A model generated the notes under the pieces. The model was given only the letters and a program-made list of their open reading frames with translations, was not told where the DNA came from and made no database searches. A stretch of 63,932 nucleotides of DNA, counting the filler, from Choristocarpus tenellus KU-1152 (Eukaryota; Protista; Phaeophyceae): assembly GCA_964200185.2 (NCBI GenBank). It is 11 parts of 11 records of this genome, joined end to end, with 100 filler letters (N's around TTAATTAATTAA, not from the genome) between each part and the next. Parts side by side here need not be neighbours in the genome. Positions count along the whole stretch, not along the records: positions 36,585 to 42,416 come from CAXNAD020009648.1; positions 42,517 to 48,063 come from CAXNAD020010456.1; positions 48,164 to 60,697 come from CAXNAD020001805.1; 8 more parts are not named here. One strand, given 5' to 3'. Below, piece after piece: positions 38,592 through 51,200 of this stretch. Position 1 is the first letter of the stretch; every line of letters starts with the position of its first letter. The position numbers were made by a program, and so were the translations under genes.

Positions 38592-41500
38592 ATGACCATG
38601 GATAACTCCGAGGCTCATCAAGAGATAGAAGCTCTCAAAGCAATCTGGGGAGAGGACTGTAGGGATCGACCCTTGGTGTGGGGACAACCTTGTATTGCTG
38701 TCAGAGTTACTCCAATTGGTGAGCAAGCTTAGATATCCGAGTCAGTTCCAGGGATGAGATTTCACCCATTGAAGTGATCAACCGAGTTGTGTCATGTCAG
38801 TTCCCCTTGATGCCAAATACAACTACAGCCGTGCGCGAGAAGAGGATGAAACTTCGATGTCCGACTGGTCTAGTTGTCACCACCCTCGCCACGTACCTAG
38901 CACCCTTGTCACGAAGCACCCTCGCTTCCTATCCCCCCTATATAAACCCCTGCACTTCATCTCTATTTTGCCACAGGAATCCCAGAGGAAGACCTCTTCA
39001 CAGGCGTAACAGTCGTGGTGACCTATTCAGCAAGGCAAGGACTCGCTTCTCACCACCTTAGGCTAGCACTAGCCTAGAGATAAAAGTGATGCACATATGC
39101 CCAGAGTTACTCCACATTAGGATTTGTTGCATGTGGCACCCCCAAGGCCACTTGCTTTTCCGCCAGTAGGGAGATGGTGTTGACGTAACAATCAACTCCC
39201 CATTCTCCCCTCCTGTTCTTTCCTGATATCTTGGGGCTTGCTTGATATGATTCTTGCAATCGGTATGCGCTTGTGCCCTGCCAATAGTCACCTGATATTC
39301 TCAATACAGAGCTCCCTTGCCTATGTCAACCTCCTGATTTCATGTCTTGAGCCCTTCAGATACCCTGTTGTGCCTCCGCGACTGGACCTAGAATCTCCAC
39401 AGAGGCTGACTTCCGACGAGGTTAGTGAATCAAATTTTCTCCAACAGTCAGTTGGGTTTCATAGAATGAAGTTTATCTGTTAACTTGTATGAAGAGTGCC
39501 CTGCCCCTTGCCCAAACATCATGACGTATATATGCCACATACAGAGAGGTCTAAGCGGCCCCCCTTTGAATGCTTGAAATTTGTGGATATCAACTCACTT
39601 CTTCAAGCTAGAATCGACTCAATTATTTTAGGACAGAGGGGATACTTATGGGGCAAGATGTAGGCCTGACTATTCCTGGACCTAATGGTTGACTTAATCA
39701 GACGAGGGTAAATCCCAAGTCGGAGTTGGGTGTATCTTTCGGTGCTTGGTGGACCCTCCCACTGTGTTTGAAATAGTGCAAGGGGTGTAGTTTTTGCACT
39801 TGATAGCTTGAGCGTTGATGGTATTGGCGCTTATGTGGTCAAAGTCATGCCAAAGCCTGCCTGCAGGGGCTTCTGAGCCTGTCGCAAGTTGCTGGGGGTG
39901 CATTGCGAAGACCGTGTGTTGGACACTATCAGTGATACAGGCATGTGCTTTCTTGGCATGGTAGGGTGGGTTCAACTTGAATGGAGATGTGAGGGGGGGT
40001 ATGAACTATCACCGTAGCGATTTCACCGGAATTCTCCGATAGTGTGTGCGAAACTGACTTGTGTAGCCTTGATTGAGGTTATATACTGTTATAATACTGT
40101 TATAATACTGTTATAATACTGACTTGAGGCGAGGTTCTTTCGAGGCGTTCTTTTGGTCAGGCTGTGTGTGTATTGTTATTGGCAGTATCCGTTGGAGAAG
40201 TACTGCAGTATTGGTAGTCCAGTGTACCTGTATACTGCGTATTGAAGATGCACTGCACGTGTTAAGTTGTGGGTCCACTACAGCGCGCCATCGCGTCCAA
40301 CTCCCGCAAAGGCGTTTGCACGTACATCAAATACGTGTCCGTTGCCGCGGTGACATTACACAAAACCTTTTTTTTTTTTGACACGTGCGTGCAGCGTGTT
40401 TGATGCAAAAATAAATAAATAAATCACACACCGCTCTTCCACCGCTCGAGATGTTGGCAAGGGCAGAGGGACTAACCCGAGCCTAAGTGGACTTCTGTTG
40501 CAGGAGATTTTGATATCCACCATCTCAGGTAGGGAGGGGGGGGGGGGATAAACGTACATGACGCAGGGTGCTCACATGGTAGAGCTCTGTTGTAGCCAAT
40601 AACGCCTTCCGATGGTGATTGCCGTTGGATATCTCAAACTGCTGCAGGCGAAGGGATCAACATGCCATGCCCATGGGCATGAGCAACGAACTCTTTGATG
40701 GGGTGATTCTGAGTGTTTCGGTCCTAGGTGGAGTTGCCTGCATGTGCAGTGAAATGGATAGTGATCAACCTTTTTGAGGTGTCCACAGCAAACCCTAACC
40801 CTAACCCTAACCCTAACCCTAACCACCGAAGGATGCAATCTGTGCGCTCCTAAGAACGTCCCCGGGTAGTGATTCGGGGCGACAAGCACGTGGGCGCGAT
40901 ATCGGAATGCGATATTTGTGTTTGTGCTGTTGGTGAATCTGTGAAGGCGTTCGTTACGGTCGAATGAGTCTGAATAGGCGACGAGCATCCTCTAGTGCTT
41001 ACAGTGTATACACTATGGGATCGTCAAGATCGGTCCTGGAACGTTCGTGCGACAGCGGGATTATGGCTGCGCGGGCACAATATGGGGATATGACGCGCAG
41101 AAGCACGTGCGTCTATAGTATATTGATGGCGTTATGTTGAGGGTTAGGGGTCGATGATAGAGTAGGAATGGGCAGGGCGAGTCTCTTGAAGTATGTTTGG
41201 ATGAAGGTGGGTGTTGGTGCGATTGTCTCAAGGTGCCGGGGTTTGTTTATCCCGGAGGTGTCTTGGTTTGCTTCGACTGGGATTAGGAATGGCACGGATT
41301 CAACACGCCTTGCCATGGTGTACAGCACAACTCTTGAATCTGTTCTGTTTTTGAAGAGAAACTGCTGTTGGTGTATCGTTGATCTCTTCAGACAACAGTG
41401 GAAGGTCTATATTTTGTACCATGTCAGGCGCGAGCTGTAGTGCTCTGGAGTGTCTATGGTGCTCCGAACTTGGCTACCATATGCTCCGTAAGAGCAAGTC

Positions 41501-42112
41501 ATGTTGATGATGCATCCAGTCCTGATGTTTGTATCCTTCTGGAGTACAGAAGTGCATTGTGATCCCTGCTTCACTCCACTCTCTGGAGTAAGACTAACTT
41601 GATGTTGATGCCCTGAGATAAGGTGTGTTACCATTGATTCCAAGTATGCTACAGGTTGTATACTTAGGTACACATATGGTAGGTACACATATGATATATA
41701 TATATATATATACATGTATGGTATGTAAACATAACTCACACAGACACACTTTACATACTCTGTTGATAGTGTTAATAGTATTAACATGTGATTATTCTTA
41801 ATTCAGCATACTACAATTGATGATGTCATTATGTGCCTTAAAAGTAGACACTACTAGAAAACTGCAAGGCATAGAGCTATATGACTTCGCTTGCACCCTT
41901 TTTTTATTTTATTTTTAGTAGGACTTTTATTTATCTTCCTTTTTTTCCATTATTTCTTTAGATATAGAACCAGTCTGCAGAGAAGAGCACTACATTATTA
42001 TTATTATTATTAGTAGTAGTAGTATTAGCTGTAGTATTATTATTATTATTATTAGTATTAGTATTAGTAGTAGTAATAGTAGTATTAGCTGTAGTAATAT
42101 TATTATTATTAT

Positions 42113-42143
<31 letters not shown>

Positions 42144-42416
42144 TGTAGTAGCAGCAGCAGCAGCAGCAGTAGCTGCAAAGAGAACACCTTAGTCAACAAT
42201 ACAAAAGACAAAGCAGAGCCCCCCCCACCTACACACGCACAAAACTGACATTGAACCAAAAAAACAAGCAGGTAGCACAGCTCAAACGCCTCCTCGAGAC
42301 CCGGGCTACTGAGCTGTCCACGCTGGGCATGGTGATGGTCCACGACCTGCTGGTGTTGGCTGACCAGTTCCTATCGGAGAGGAATCGACCCTTGGAGAAG
42401 AAGAAAGACCCAGAGG
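38592..42416 (+). CDS. GCN2: N-terminal RWD domain protein, probably eIF2-alpha kinase GCN2, 3'-truncated; exons 38592-38718, 38977-39034, 39360-39420, 42272->42416
   Basis: QEIEALKAIWGED, RWD signature YPVVPP, and GMVMVHDL...QFLSERNRP resembling GCN2 GEVMIFEL...FLSEHNKP. Phases are consistent with one GC donor (39035). The kinase domain is not in the window, so the symbol is tentative. Confidence 0.72.
39700..41650 (-). mobile_element. Degenerate non-LTR (LINE) retrotransposon remnant antisense in intron 3 of the RWD gene
   Basis: TPESGVKQGSQCTSVL resembles the RT motif GVxQGxxLSP, and downstream CCGHLKKVDHYPFHC resembles the zf-RVT CCHC motif. Heavily disrupted. Confidence 0.45.
40791..40824 (+). 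repeat. Interstitial telomere-like (CCCTAA)5 tract; shorter tracts at ~36833-36848, ~38392-38407, ~42751-42783, ~43898-43935, 59487-59509
   Basis: Direct reading aaccctaaccctaaccctaaccctaaccctaacc. Confidence 0.9.
41993..42176 (+). repeat. Compound trinucleotide microsatellite (TAT/TAG/CAG); other microsatellites (GA)n at ~42948-42986 and (CATA)n at ~44180-44242
   Basis: Direct reading. Confidence 0.9.
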
Positions 42417-42944
42417 NNNNNNNNNNNNNNNNNNNNNNNNNNNNNNNNNNNNNNNNNNNNTTAATTAATTAANNNNNNNNNNNNNNNNNNNNNNNNNNNN
42501 NNNNNNNNNNNNNNNNGGAGGGGGGGGGGGGGGGAACTTTGGGGCTTTACTGGGGGTCCATAGGCTGGTCCAGGAAAAACATGTTTAACCGGGCAGGGCA
42601 AGAGCAATTAATGTCTCAATAAAGAGTAGGCCATGGGCAGACCCAAATTATATTTTTACAGGGTCAGGCCCTCAAAAAAAAAACGATGGAGCACATAATC
42701 CATGCTAGTATGACTGTTCATGTTCTAAAACAAACCAGGTGGGATTCGTATTAGGGTTAAGGGTGACGATCCAGGTTAGGGTAGGATTTTTTCATTTTGG
42801 TAAAAATATACAGGATCTTGTAAAAAGAGCAACTAGAACAAGGGATAAAATAAAATAAAAAAAACACCCTCCACCAAACAAAAACAAAAAATGTAGTGTC
42901 ACGGGACACATTGTAAGACCTTTTCTTCTATGTATATAGAGGGG

Positions 42945-42990
<46 letters not shown>

Positions 42991-43372
42991 ACCTCCTTTT
43001 GCCTCACATCAAACAACAAACAACAACAAGTGTTCTGTCCGGTACCATCGCCCTGCGCAAATCCCAACCTGCCCCACCGTTTTGAACAAGGTTTAGCAAC
43101 CTGGACCGGCATTGCTGACACTGTATCTCCACGAGAAACCATTGCCAATAGTACGTATCTACGCGATGTCGATTCCTTGCGTAGCCCCGTCAGCAGTATA
43201 AAACGTCCCAAAAAAAAAAATACCACCGATAATGCCACCACCGTTTATAACCTCCTCCAATTTCCTTGGCCAAAAAAAGAAATTGAAATTTTTTCTGGAT
43301 TCGTTGGCGGCTGGCCCCCAACCCAAAGGAAGTGCCCCCCTACTCTTCCCACTGGTGTACCCTAAATCTCAC

Positions 43373-44193
43373 CACAGAACGCGAGGAGGCAGGCCTGGGG
43401 CAGTCAACCACATGAGCAATTGCCCTGAGTGCGTGCGCCGCTTCAGCTCTCCTTGGTCCACAGAGCTCCCATGCCACGAGAGCCAGCAGGGGCGATAACA
43501 CCCCCTCAATCATTCGCTTCGGTCCATTCTCAGGGAAGTACCTTCAGGGGTGGGGTGTTTGGAGGGCCAAGGTTTCGTTTGGTGTTAGGGATCCAGTTTT
43601 GGCATTTAGGTACACGATTGCACTCCAAGAAAAACAGGTATTTTAAGAGGGAACATTAGAGCGGGGGATTGACCGGGGAAGGTGGGGGAGGGGGGGTAGA
43701 GGGTGGGGGAATTTTGCTCACTCTAGGAGGAATTCGAACGCTGCCATGGAGTAACTGCCGTTGTCCCCTTCCGCCTTCCCATTCATGAGCAATTCTGTAA
43801 GCACACTGGGGAGGTAAGCATTAAGGAGTCTCTGGACAGGATTGGTTCCATGAAGTCTTTCCACCTGGCATTCGACACGAGAAAGATGTTGACATGAGTT
43901 AGGGTTGGGGTTGTCTAGGATGGTATTAGGGTTAGTAATTAAGCCAATTTGATGTAATTTCCCTAGAACACATTCAAGCAACCCTGCTCTCTGACGGTTG
44001 AGACTACGTTCAAAGTAATAACATTGTTATGTGCACATCTATGTTACAGTACAAGAAGTGCTACCAAGTAAATACTCCTGGGAAATAGATATTATTGTAC
44101 ACTTGGATGAGGTACTATTTGGTACATTTTAGAAAAAAGGATAAAATCTGTACCATAAACATGCTGAAGACTATTACAGCATACATACATACA

Positions 44194-44227
<34 letters not shown>

Positions 44228-47200
44228 CATACATACATACATATATAAAATAAAATTCTATATAACTTCCAGAATAATATGTATGTTTGTATGTAAGTGC
44301 CTCTCAGTATTCTATTCAGTAGTACACTTCAAAAGACCAGGTATACATGACACGCGCTTCTATGTTAATGGGGTAGGCTGTCTGCTTCCGGGGGGGCGGT
44401 GGTATGCATTACATACAGTCCAGCGAAATTTTCAATTACTTTCAGTTGAAGTCTGTACCACAGAAGGCGGCAATGATGCTGTTTGGGACTTAAGGACAGT
44501 ACAACTGTTCAGACTTCACCTTCCATATCGAATTACAGAGCAATCTCTTCTCGCTTACACACATACCTCAAAAACTGAACAAGGGTATCTGAAAGCATTA
44601 AATATTGAAAGGAAAATGACAGACACTTCACAATCCATTGGTATACACCGTCGAAATATGATAGTAGGAAATCAGCAAAACTTGCCACAATTATTTCCCC
44701 TCTTTTCTGCGCCCTACTTGTATCACCCCATAACGTCTCCAAAGAAGCTCCATCCATTTTATCTCACCTCAAGCCGGTCACAGAGGGCGGCCAGTTGCTC
44801 CAGGGCCCTCGCCTTCCTGCCATTTACGAACACTGGGAGAACTCTGGCCAGGCTGCCTCGCAGAAACTGGCGCACGTTCTGCACGCCCAATGCCTGCGGA
44901 AGCAAGTTACATTAAAGGTCAAGGTAGGGGTAAGGATGGAAAGAGTGTGCCATATTAGGGTCAACACATCAGGTTCAATAATGGGCATATTGTGACCTTC
45001 AGGAGGTGTGAAGGGAGGAGAGTAGCTAGAGCTAACATTGATGTTTGAATGACTCCAAAGTGAAAACAGAGATTTGATGACTACTCCGGCTGTTACATTC
45101 ATTCTGTGGGCCTAGCAAAGAGGAAATTGTGACGATTTTCCACCTTTTTTTTCTGACGACAGCTTCAAATGTCAAAATATCTATAGGCTCTTCATAAATA
45201 AAATATTATAATAACAGTGAAACCTACATATATATATATATATATATATATATACACTATGGCATTTCGGTTAGAGGACTAGGAGCAACTGTTAGAGGGG
45301 TCATGAAATTTCTAATGGCAATTCTTACGCTGGGATGCACTACCAAAACATGACAAGGCGGACAACACCGTCACCTGCTCCACAAAGTCCTCCACCAGGC
45401 CCACTGAAAGCAGCTTTTGGAGAAGTGGAGCCAGAAACTTGTCTGCACGTAAATGATGGGCACAAACACTGCTTGCTCCACACCTGCTCCCCTCCTTACT
45501 CCTGCTCCTGCCTGTGGTTCTTGTACTCACCAACCCAAGACCACTGTTTATCCAGTTGCCATAGCGAGGGGTTGTTTGGGCAGCAACTTTCTGTACAAGT
45601 CAAGCACACAAGGGAAATGTTCATGAACTACTAGTGCTATGGAAAGTTGAACGGTTACGGCTAAGGGGTGGGGGAAAGGGGAATTGGGGGGGGATACAGT
45701 GACCTGTAACCCTCAAATGAAGCATGTTACAATAGTCTCTTTCTGTGAAGAAATCATCAACTCCCTTGACTCTGGTAAGGGAGATTAACTGCAATCACTG
45801 TGTGAATAACATGTTTATCCATTTACCACAAACACACTCCAGACTTCTCCCCAAACTTGAATACAAAATAAGCAGCACCCCCCCCCTCTCCCCACCCCCG
45901 CTGCCCAATCAGCCCCCACTCCACAAACAGATGCACCCACCTGATCCTTCAGTCGTAAAGACTTCGTCTCCCAACACCCAGTACCATTACCGACCCCAAC
46001 TCCATCCCCAGCCTCCCCAAGTAGCCTTGCCAAAGGGATTCTTCCCCTTGAGCAAACACGAACAATCTCATCATAGGAGTGAAAATTGAAGGAGGTGTCC
46101 CTATCCCCCCACACATCGATCAACTGAAAGAGCACCCAAACAAGCACCGTCAGGCCCAGGCCATCGTTGGGGTCGATCTCGCACCCAATGGAACTATTTT
46201 TTCATTGTTAGAAAGGATTTTACAGACAAACAAAAAGGGATAATAGGGTTAAGGCAGGTGGTTTGGAGGGTGGCGGAAGTGGGAAGCCTAGGAGTGAGGG
46301 TAGGGGGACTGCTCACATATTCTTGCTTCAATGCTTTTAGTTTTGCAGAACCCACCCCTTAAAAATCACACCCACCTCATTCGCCTGTGAAAACCATCCA
46401 AACTCTATCTGATGCATTAAATTTCTTATTTGCTCTTGGTGGTAACTTTTTCAGTGATGGCTGAAATGCCATTCTCCAACTGACCCCATCCTCTCAATCT
46501 CACCTTTTGGACAGAGGTTTATTTTGGCAACTAAATCACTCCTCTGCAACTTATCCGGTCCAACAGATTGAGCAACTGAGGGGATTCAACAACACACACT
46601 CTTGTTACATACCTCGTAGTATACAGTAAATATTATATTTATAGAACTACTTCATCAGCGTACTAACAATATGCAGTAGACACATACTGGAAGGCGTTTT
46701 CATGAGAAACAACAAGGTTGATTGACTCTTGCTTAGGAGACGTTTCCTTGACCTCTGACCAATGGGAAGATCTGGCATTTCACACATGCCAATCAACCCA
46801 CAATAAAAAACATGACACACACACACAATATGAATGCAAAAAAAACAGCAAAACTTGAAGAAAGTACAAAAAAAGCACATGTAAGGCACACAAGCATACA
46901 TGCATACATACACACACAGGTATGATGAATCGGCACTCCCCATCACAACCCTTTTCTTCCTCATCACCGCCCTCTCAAACTCACCCCAAAGACCGCAGCA
47001 ATGCAGAGAACTCATTGAGAGATACTGCACGCTCATGACGCTCCTTGTTGCCATGCTCCCTCAACCTAGCCCCAACCTCTTCAATGAAATTCGACACCGC
47101 CTGCTCTCGCGCCAGTGCACCTGCCGCTGCCACCCCTACTACTCCCTGGGTTCCTTGGCTCATCCTCTCCCCCCAAGCAGCACTATCTCCAATCTTCATT

Positions 47201-48063
47201 GTCTCCTCATCACCATCACCCTCTCCATTTATCTTCCCACTTTTTGTCTCTGTCTCATTGCTCCCTTTCCCCCCCCCTCCAGTCACCCCAATTCCTTTCG
47301 ACTGCATACTCCTGACCCTCTTCCTACCACTCCCCCCTCCTTCCTGAGCCCTAGGCATGACTCCGCCTCTGCCCCCGGGATCTTTACCACCCTCCCCAGC
47401 ATAGAGTGCCATGAGGATCTTCCCACCATCGGACACAAATGCACCCGCATTGCCAGCTACCACCCGTGACACTGTTGGGTCCCCAGAGGCGAGCATGTCC
47501 ACCAAGAGTCTCAACACTTGCTTCCCATCCTCCCCAGAGCTCTGGAGCTGCTGGAGTGAAGCTGCCGTGGCCATTCCCAGAGCTCCCTGCGCTGCAGCCG
47601 CACGCACCTCCAATGCCGGGTCTTTCAGCAGGGGTATCCACAGAGAATGCAGCACTTCAAATGACCCCCCCCTGTGCTCTCCTACCCAACCAAAACCCTT
47701 CCCCTCACCCCCTCCCTTAATTGAGGAGGCATTCTCACCCCCCACCGATGCCCCTGTCCTCCTATCACCTATACCTGTCCCCCTATTTTCTAAGCTATGT
47801 TGTTCCCATTGCTCCCGTTGATCAAGCGCATCCCCAACCTGAGGCAACACCAATGCCAGCCCCAACCTTGTCTCTACCTTTTCATCCTGAACAAGCAGCA
47901 GGAGAGGCGGTAGCCATAGTGTTTCCCAAAGGCACTTGATACCCCTTTTCTCTTCAGGGCTTGATTCCTGTTGCTCACCAGTGCTCTTTCCAACCCCACC
48001 TATCACCCCTCCCTCACCATTGTCTCGGCCTTGCGTCACATCTCCTCTCTCCCCCCCCCCCCC
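43373..48063 (-). CDS. ATR: HEAT-repeat region of an ATR/Mec1-like PIKK kinase, internal portion; exons >48063-46985, 46193-45941, 45590-45375, 44893-44768, 43864-43722, 43541-43373
   Basis: Six phase-consistent GT-AG exons. HEAT motifs (LLKDPALEVRAAAA) are followed by LLRSLGSIG...LFQLIDVW...SYDEIVRV...RQFLRGSLARVLP...LLNAYLPSVLTELL...AFEFL, in the same order as the ATR segment upstream of the UME domain. The kinase domain is absent from the contig. Confidence 0.65.
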
Positions 48064-48246
48064 NNNNNNNNNNNNNNNNNNNNNNNNNNNNNNNNNNNNN
48101 NNNNNNNTTAATTAATTAANNNNNNNNNNNNNNNNNNNNNNNNNNNNNNNNNNNNNNNNNNNNCCCCCCCCCCAGATACTTTGACCCATGAGTCATTGGT
48201 GAGGAAAGAAACTGAAGTTGACAGGCTCAGCAATGGATCTAAAGAC

Positions 48247-51200
48247 ATGGAACCTACTGTGAAGGACGGAGAAAACTGTATAGACTTAAGTACAGGAGTA
48301 GGTTTGGTAGGGGTGGTGGATGAAGTGACGAACAACGAAAACCATGCCTTTAAGGGATGTGAAGTAAATCCTGCATTGCTGGAAGGGGTAATAGTGTCTG
48401 GGAGTGTTGAGAGTGGCCACGAGGAGACTACAATATCCACGACTCTCTCATGTGTGGTGGAAGACTACCTTTTTGGACAAGCTGTTGCAGTTTTGAAGGA
48501 GACAAGAAAGACCAAAGATTTTGACAGTGGGTACAATGCCTCAGAAGAACTCTGCTCAAGGGGAATGGAGACCTTGGCTCCTGATGAAGGGATCGGTGGT
48601 GGAAGGACCAGTATGTGCCCAAACGTCAACGGAGAATTTGAGATAGCTGAAAGTCAACGTGAGTTATTGAAGGCACAAGGAAAATGTGGTAGACACTTCC
48701 CTGTGAAAGGGCTTGTGTCCGATATGAGCGTAGAAATTGAGGAGTTTGACACAGGGGACAGGAGAAAACTACAGATGGAGGAAGAGGAGGAAGAGATGTG
48801 TTGTTTGAGTATTGCGGAGCCTCAAGCAGAGAATCAAGCCAGATATGTGGAGGTAGGAGGCACAGTCATAGCAGGAAAGTATCCATCTTCATCTGACCTC
48901 CTTGCTCGTGTGGCACTTGACTATATATCTGAAATAGTCAGTGCAATTTTGACAGGAGTCAGTGGAGACGTGGTTGGCCACCTATCAGAGGGATCCGACA
49001 AGAAGACAACTCTCAGTGTCCTACAAAAGCAAGGGGAAGTTGTTAGTAGTCCCTCTTCACCTGACATCCTTGCTCATGTGGATTGGGACTATATATCCGA
49101 AATTGTAGAATCAGCCATGACAGGAGCCCGTGAAACCGTGACTGCCCTCACATCAGAGCGGCCTGATGATAACACAGCTGCCCCAATCCTTCAAAGTCAA
49201 CAAGAAGTTATGAGCCACTGTCCCTCTTTGTCTGACCTCCTTGCTCATGTGGCATGTGACTACATATCCGAAATTGTAGAATCGATCATGATAGGAGCCA
49301 GTGGAGGTGCCACAGCACTGGTATCAGAGTGGCCCAATGAAAATACAACCGCCATTGCCATTCAAAGGCCAGGAGAAGTTGTAGGAAAGAAGCCTGCAAC
49401 GAATGGTGCTTGTATGTTGGAAAGGGCTGGAGAAGATGAGACACCCATTCACAAGCAGTCTGATGCTTCTGCGGAGGCTGCTGTTTCTGAAGGAGGGACC
49501 GTTCGGGCCGAAGAACGGATCTCTTCTAGTGATATGCAAAGGTCCTTGGTGCCCAATTCACTTGAGAAGATTGACACTGACGGGGGAGGGAATGAGACAT
49601 TGTGGAAGGAAAGGCCTGACCACGTCGATGGCAACGTGATGGGGACACAAGAAGTCAAGGACAACAGAGTGGAGGTCTGCCCTTCTGCTATCCTCTTGTG
49701 TCAGGTAGTATCCGATTACCTTGATGAGAAGTTGATCATGGACTTGATGATCAAGACCATTGAGGACAAGGAGGTCCGTGAAATGGAAGGACCAGGTGCT
49801 ACTCCAGGAGCTTCTTTTTCAAAGGTGCTGGTTGAAAGGGAAGAAGAAGAAGAGTATGAAATTACCTCGACAGATTGGAAAGAGTCTGGCGTGGACTCAG
49901 AGGAGAACATAGATGAAGCTCAGGAGAAAGGACATCATATTTACACCGAGTCATCTTCTGTTTGTTGTGAGAGCATTGAAGCTATATCGAAGATCACAGG
50001 CGAGGCCTTGGAGGTAGAAAGAAGACACAGTCTCCCTCCTGGAGCTGGCTGTACTCCTGGTCATCTTCCTATTCAGATGAAATGCAGCCCCACTGTTGTT
50101 GACGTTTTTGCAAATGTGGATGCAGCGGCAAGAGTAACTGCTGTTTCATCGGAAATAGTAAGTCCATCATCTTCCTCTACTCTCTTTTCCTCCATCATTG
50201 AAGCCCCAGACTCTCCGGTCAGAGTTGTGTTGCCTACGACTCCATTAACTATCCCAATAGGTTCGACTGATACAGTATTGCTAGCATCTACTAGTTGCCC
50301 AGGGGTGGATGCCTCTCTTCTGGGCATAGGTGTCAACATCGCTGCTGAGGGCACGTCATGCAGCGTAAGGACCTGGACTGGGAGCAAGATGATTGGGGGA
50401 GGGAGAGAAGGAATAGAGTGTAAAAATGTTTCTTCCTTATCACCACCAAAACCAGTTGTAGCTGATGATAGCATAGCAAACCCGCCACTGGAACTCAGCA
50501 CTGAGTTGTGGGAGGGACCTGCGGCGGTGGCAACTGGATTCACAACGGAGATGGAGCTGGGTGAAGGCACATGGTCCAGGGTTTCCTTGACCAGGACCCC
50601 GCCATTTGATGCTCTCAACAGCCCCAGTATTGCGCTGCGCAGAGGGTCTGTGGGATTGACTGCTCCCCCCAACATGCCGAACCCTGCCCACCATAGTTTC
50701 AGGCAGGACTTTCCTGAGCAGTCGGAGGAGGGAAATGGCTGCAATGCCGAAACCAACCTTGGAAATTGGTGTGGACATGGAAATGTTGTTGACAATGGTG
50801 GTTGGGGTGGGGGAAGGGGCGAAGTCAGGAAAGAAAGCAATTCTCCATCAGATGTTTGTGAAAGGTCAGATTGGGTGGAGTTCTTTGCCCCTCCCCACCG
50901 GATGGCTCCTGCTGGGGACCAGGTCGACCTTGGTGCCATTAGCACTCTGGGAAGTGCCAACACAGCCAGTGCTGCTTCATCAAGGAGTATACAGTCTTGT
51001 GGTGAGAGTACAATGGAAGGGAAGGGAGGTGTACACGAGTCAGAATTGCTGAGCCAGGTAGCAATGGGGCATGTTAACATTGACAACACCTTGAGGGGCG
51101 CTACTGGCGATTCCGAGGGTGAAGTCTACCAAAGACCACCCCTTGCACAGAGTGAGGAGGTAGGAGGAGAAGTTGACGCAAGCAAGGAGCACCCCCGTTG

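Noticed and set aside
41990-42343. Leu/Ile-rich 117-aa ORF resembling a membrane protein
   Set aside because: Translation of a trinucleotide microsatellite in an intron.
50073-51089. 338-aa antisense ORF, and similar antisense ORFs at 9384-10025 and 46900-47821
   Set aside because: Shadow ORFs opposite real coding exons, with no independent motifs or splice support.
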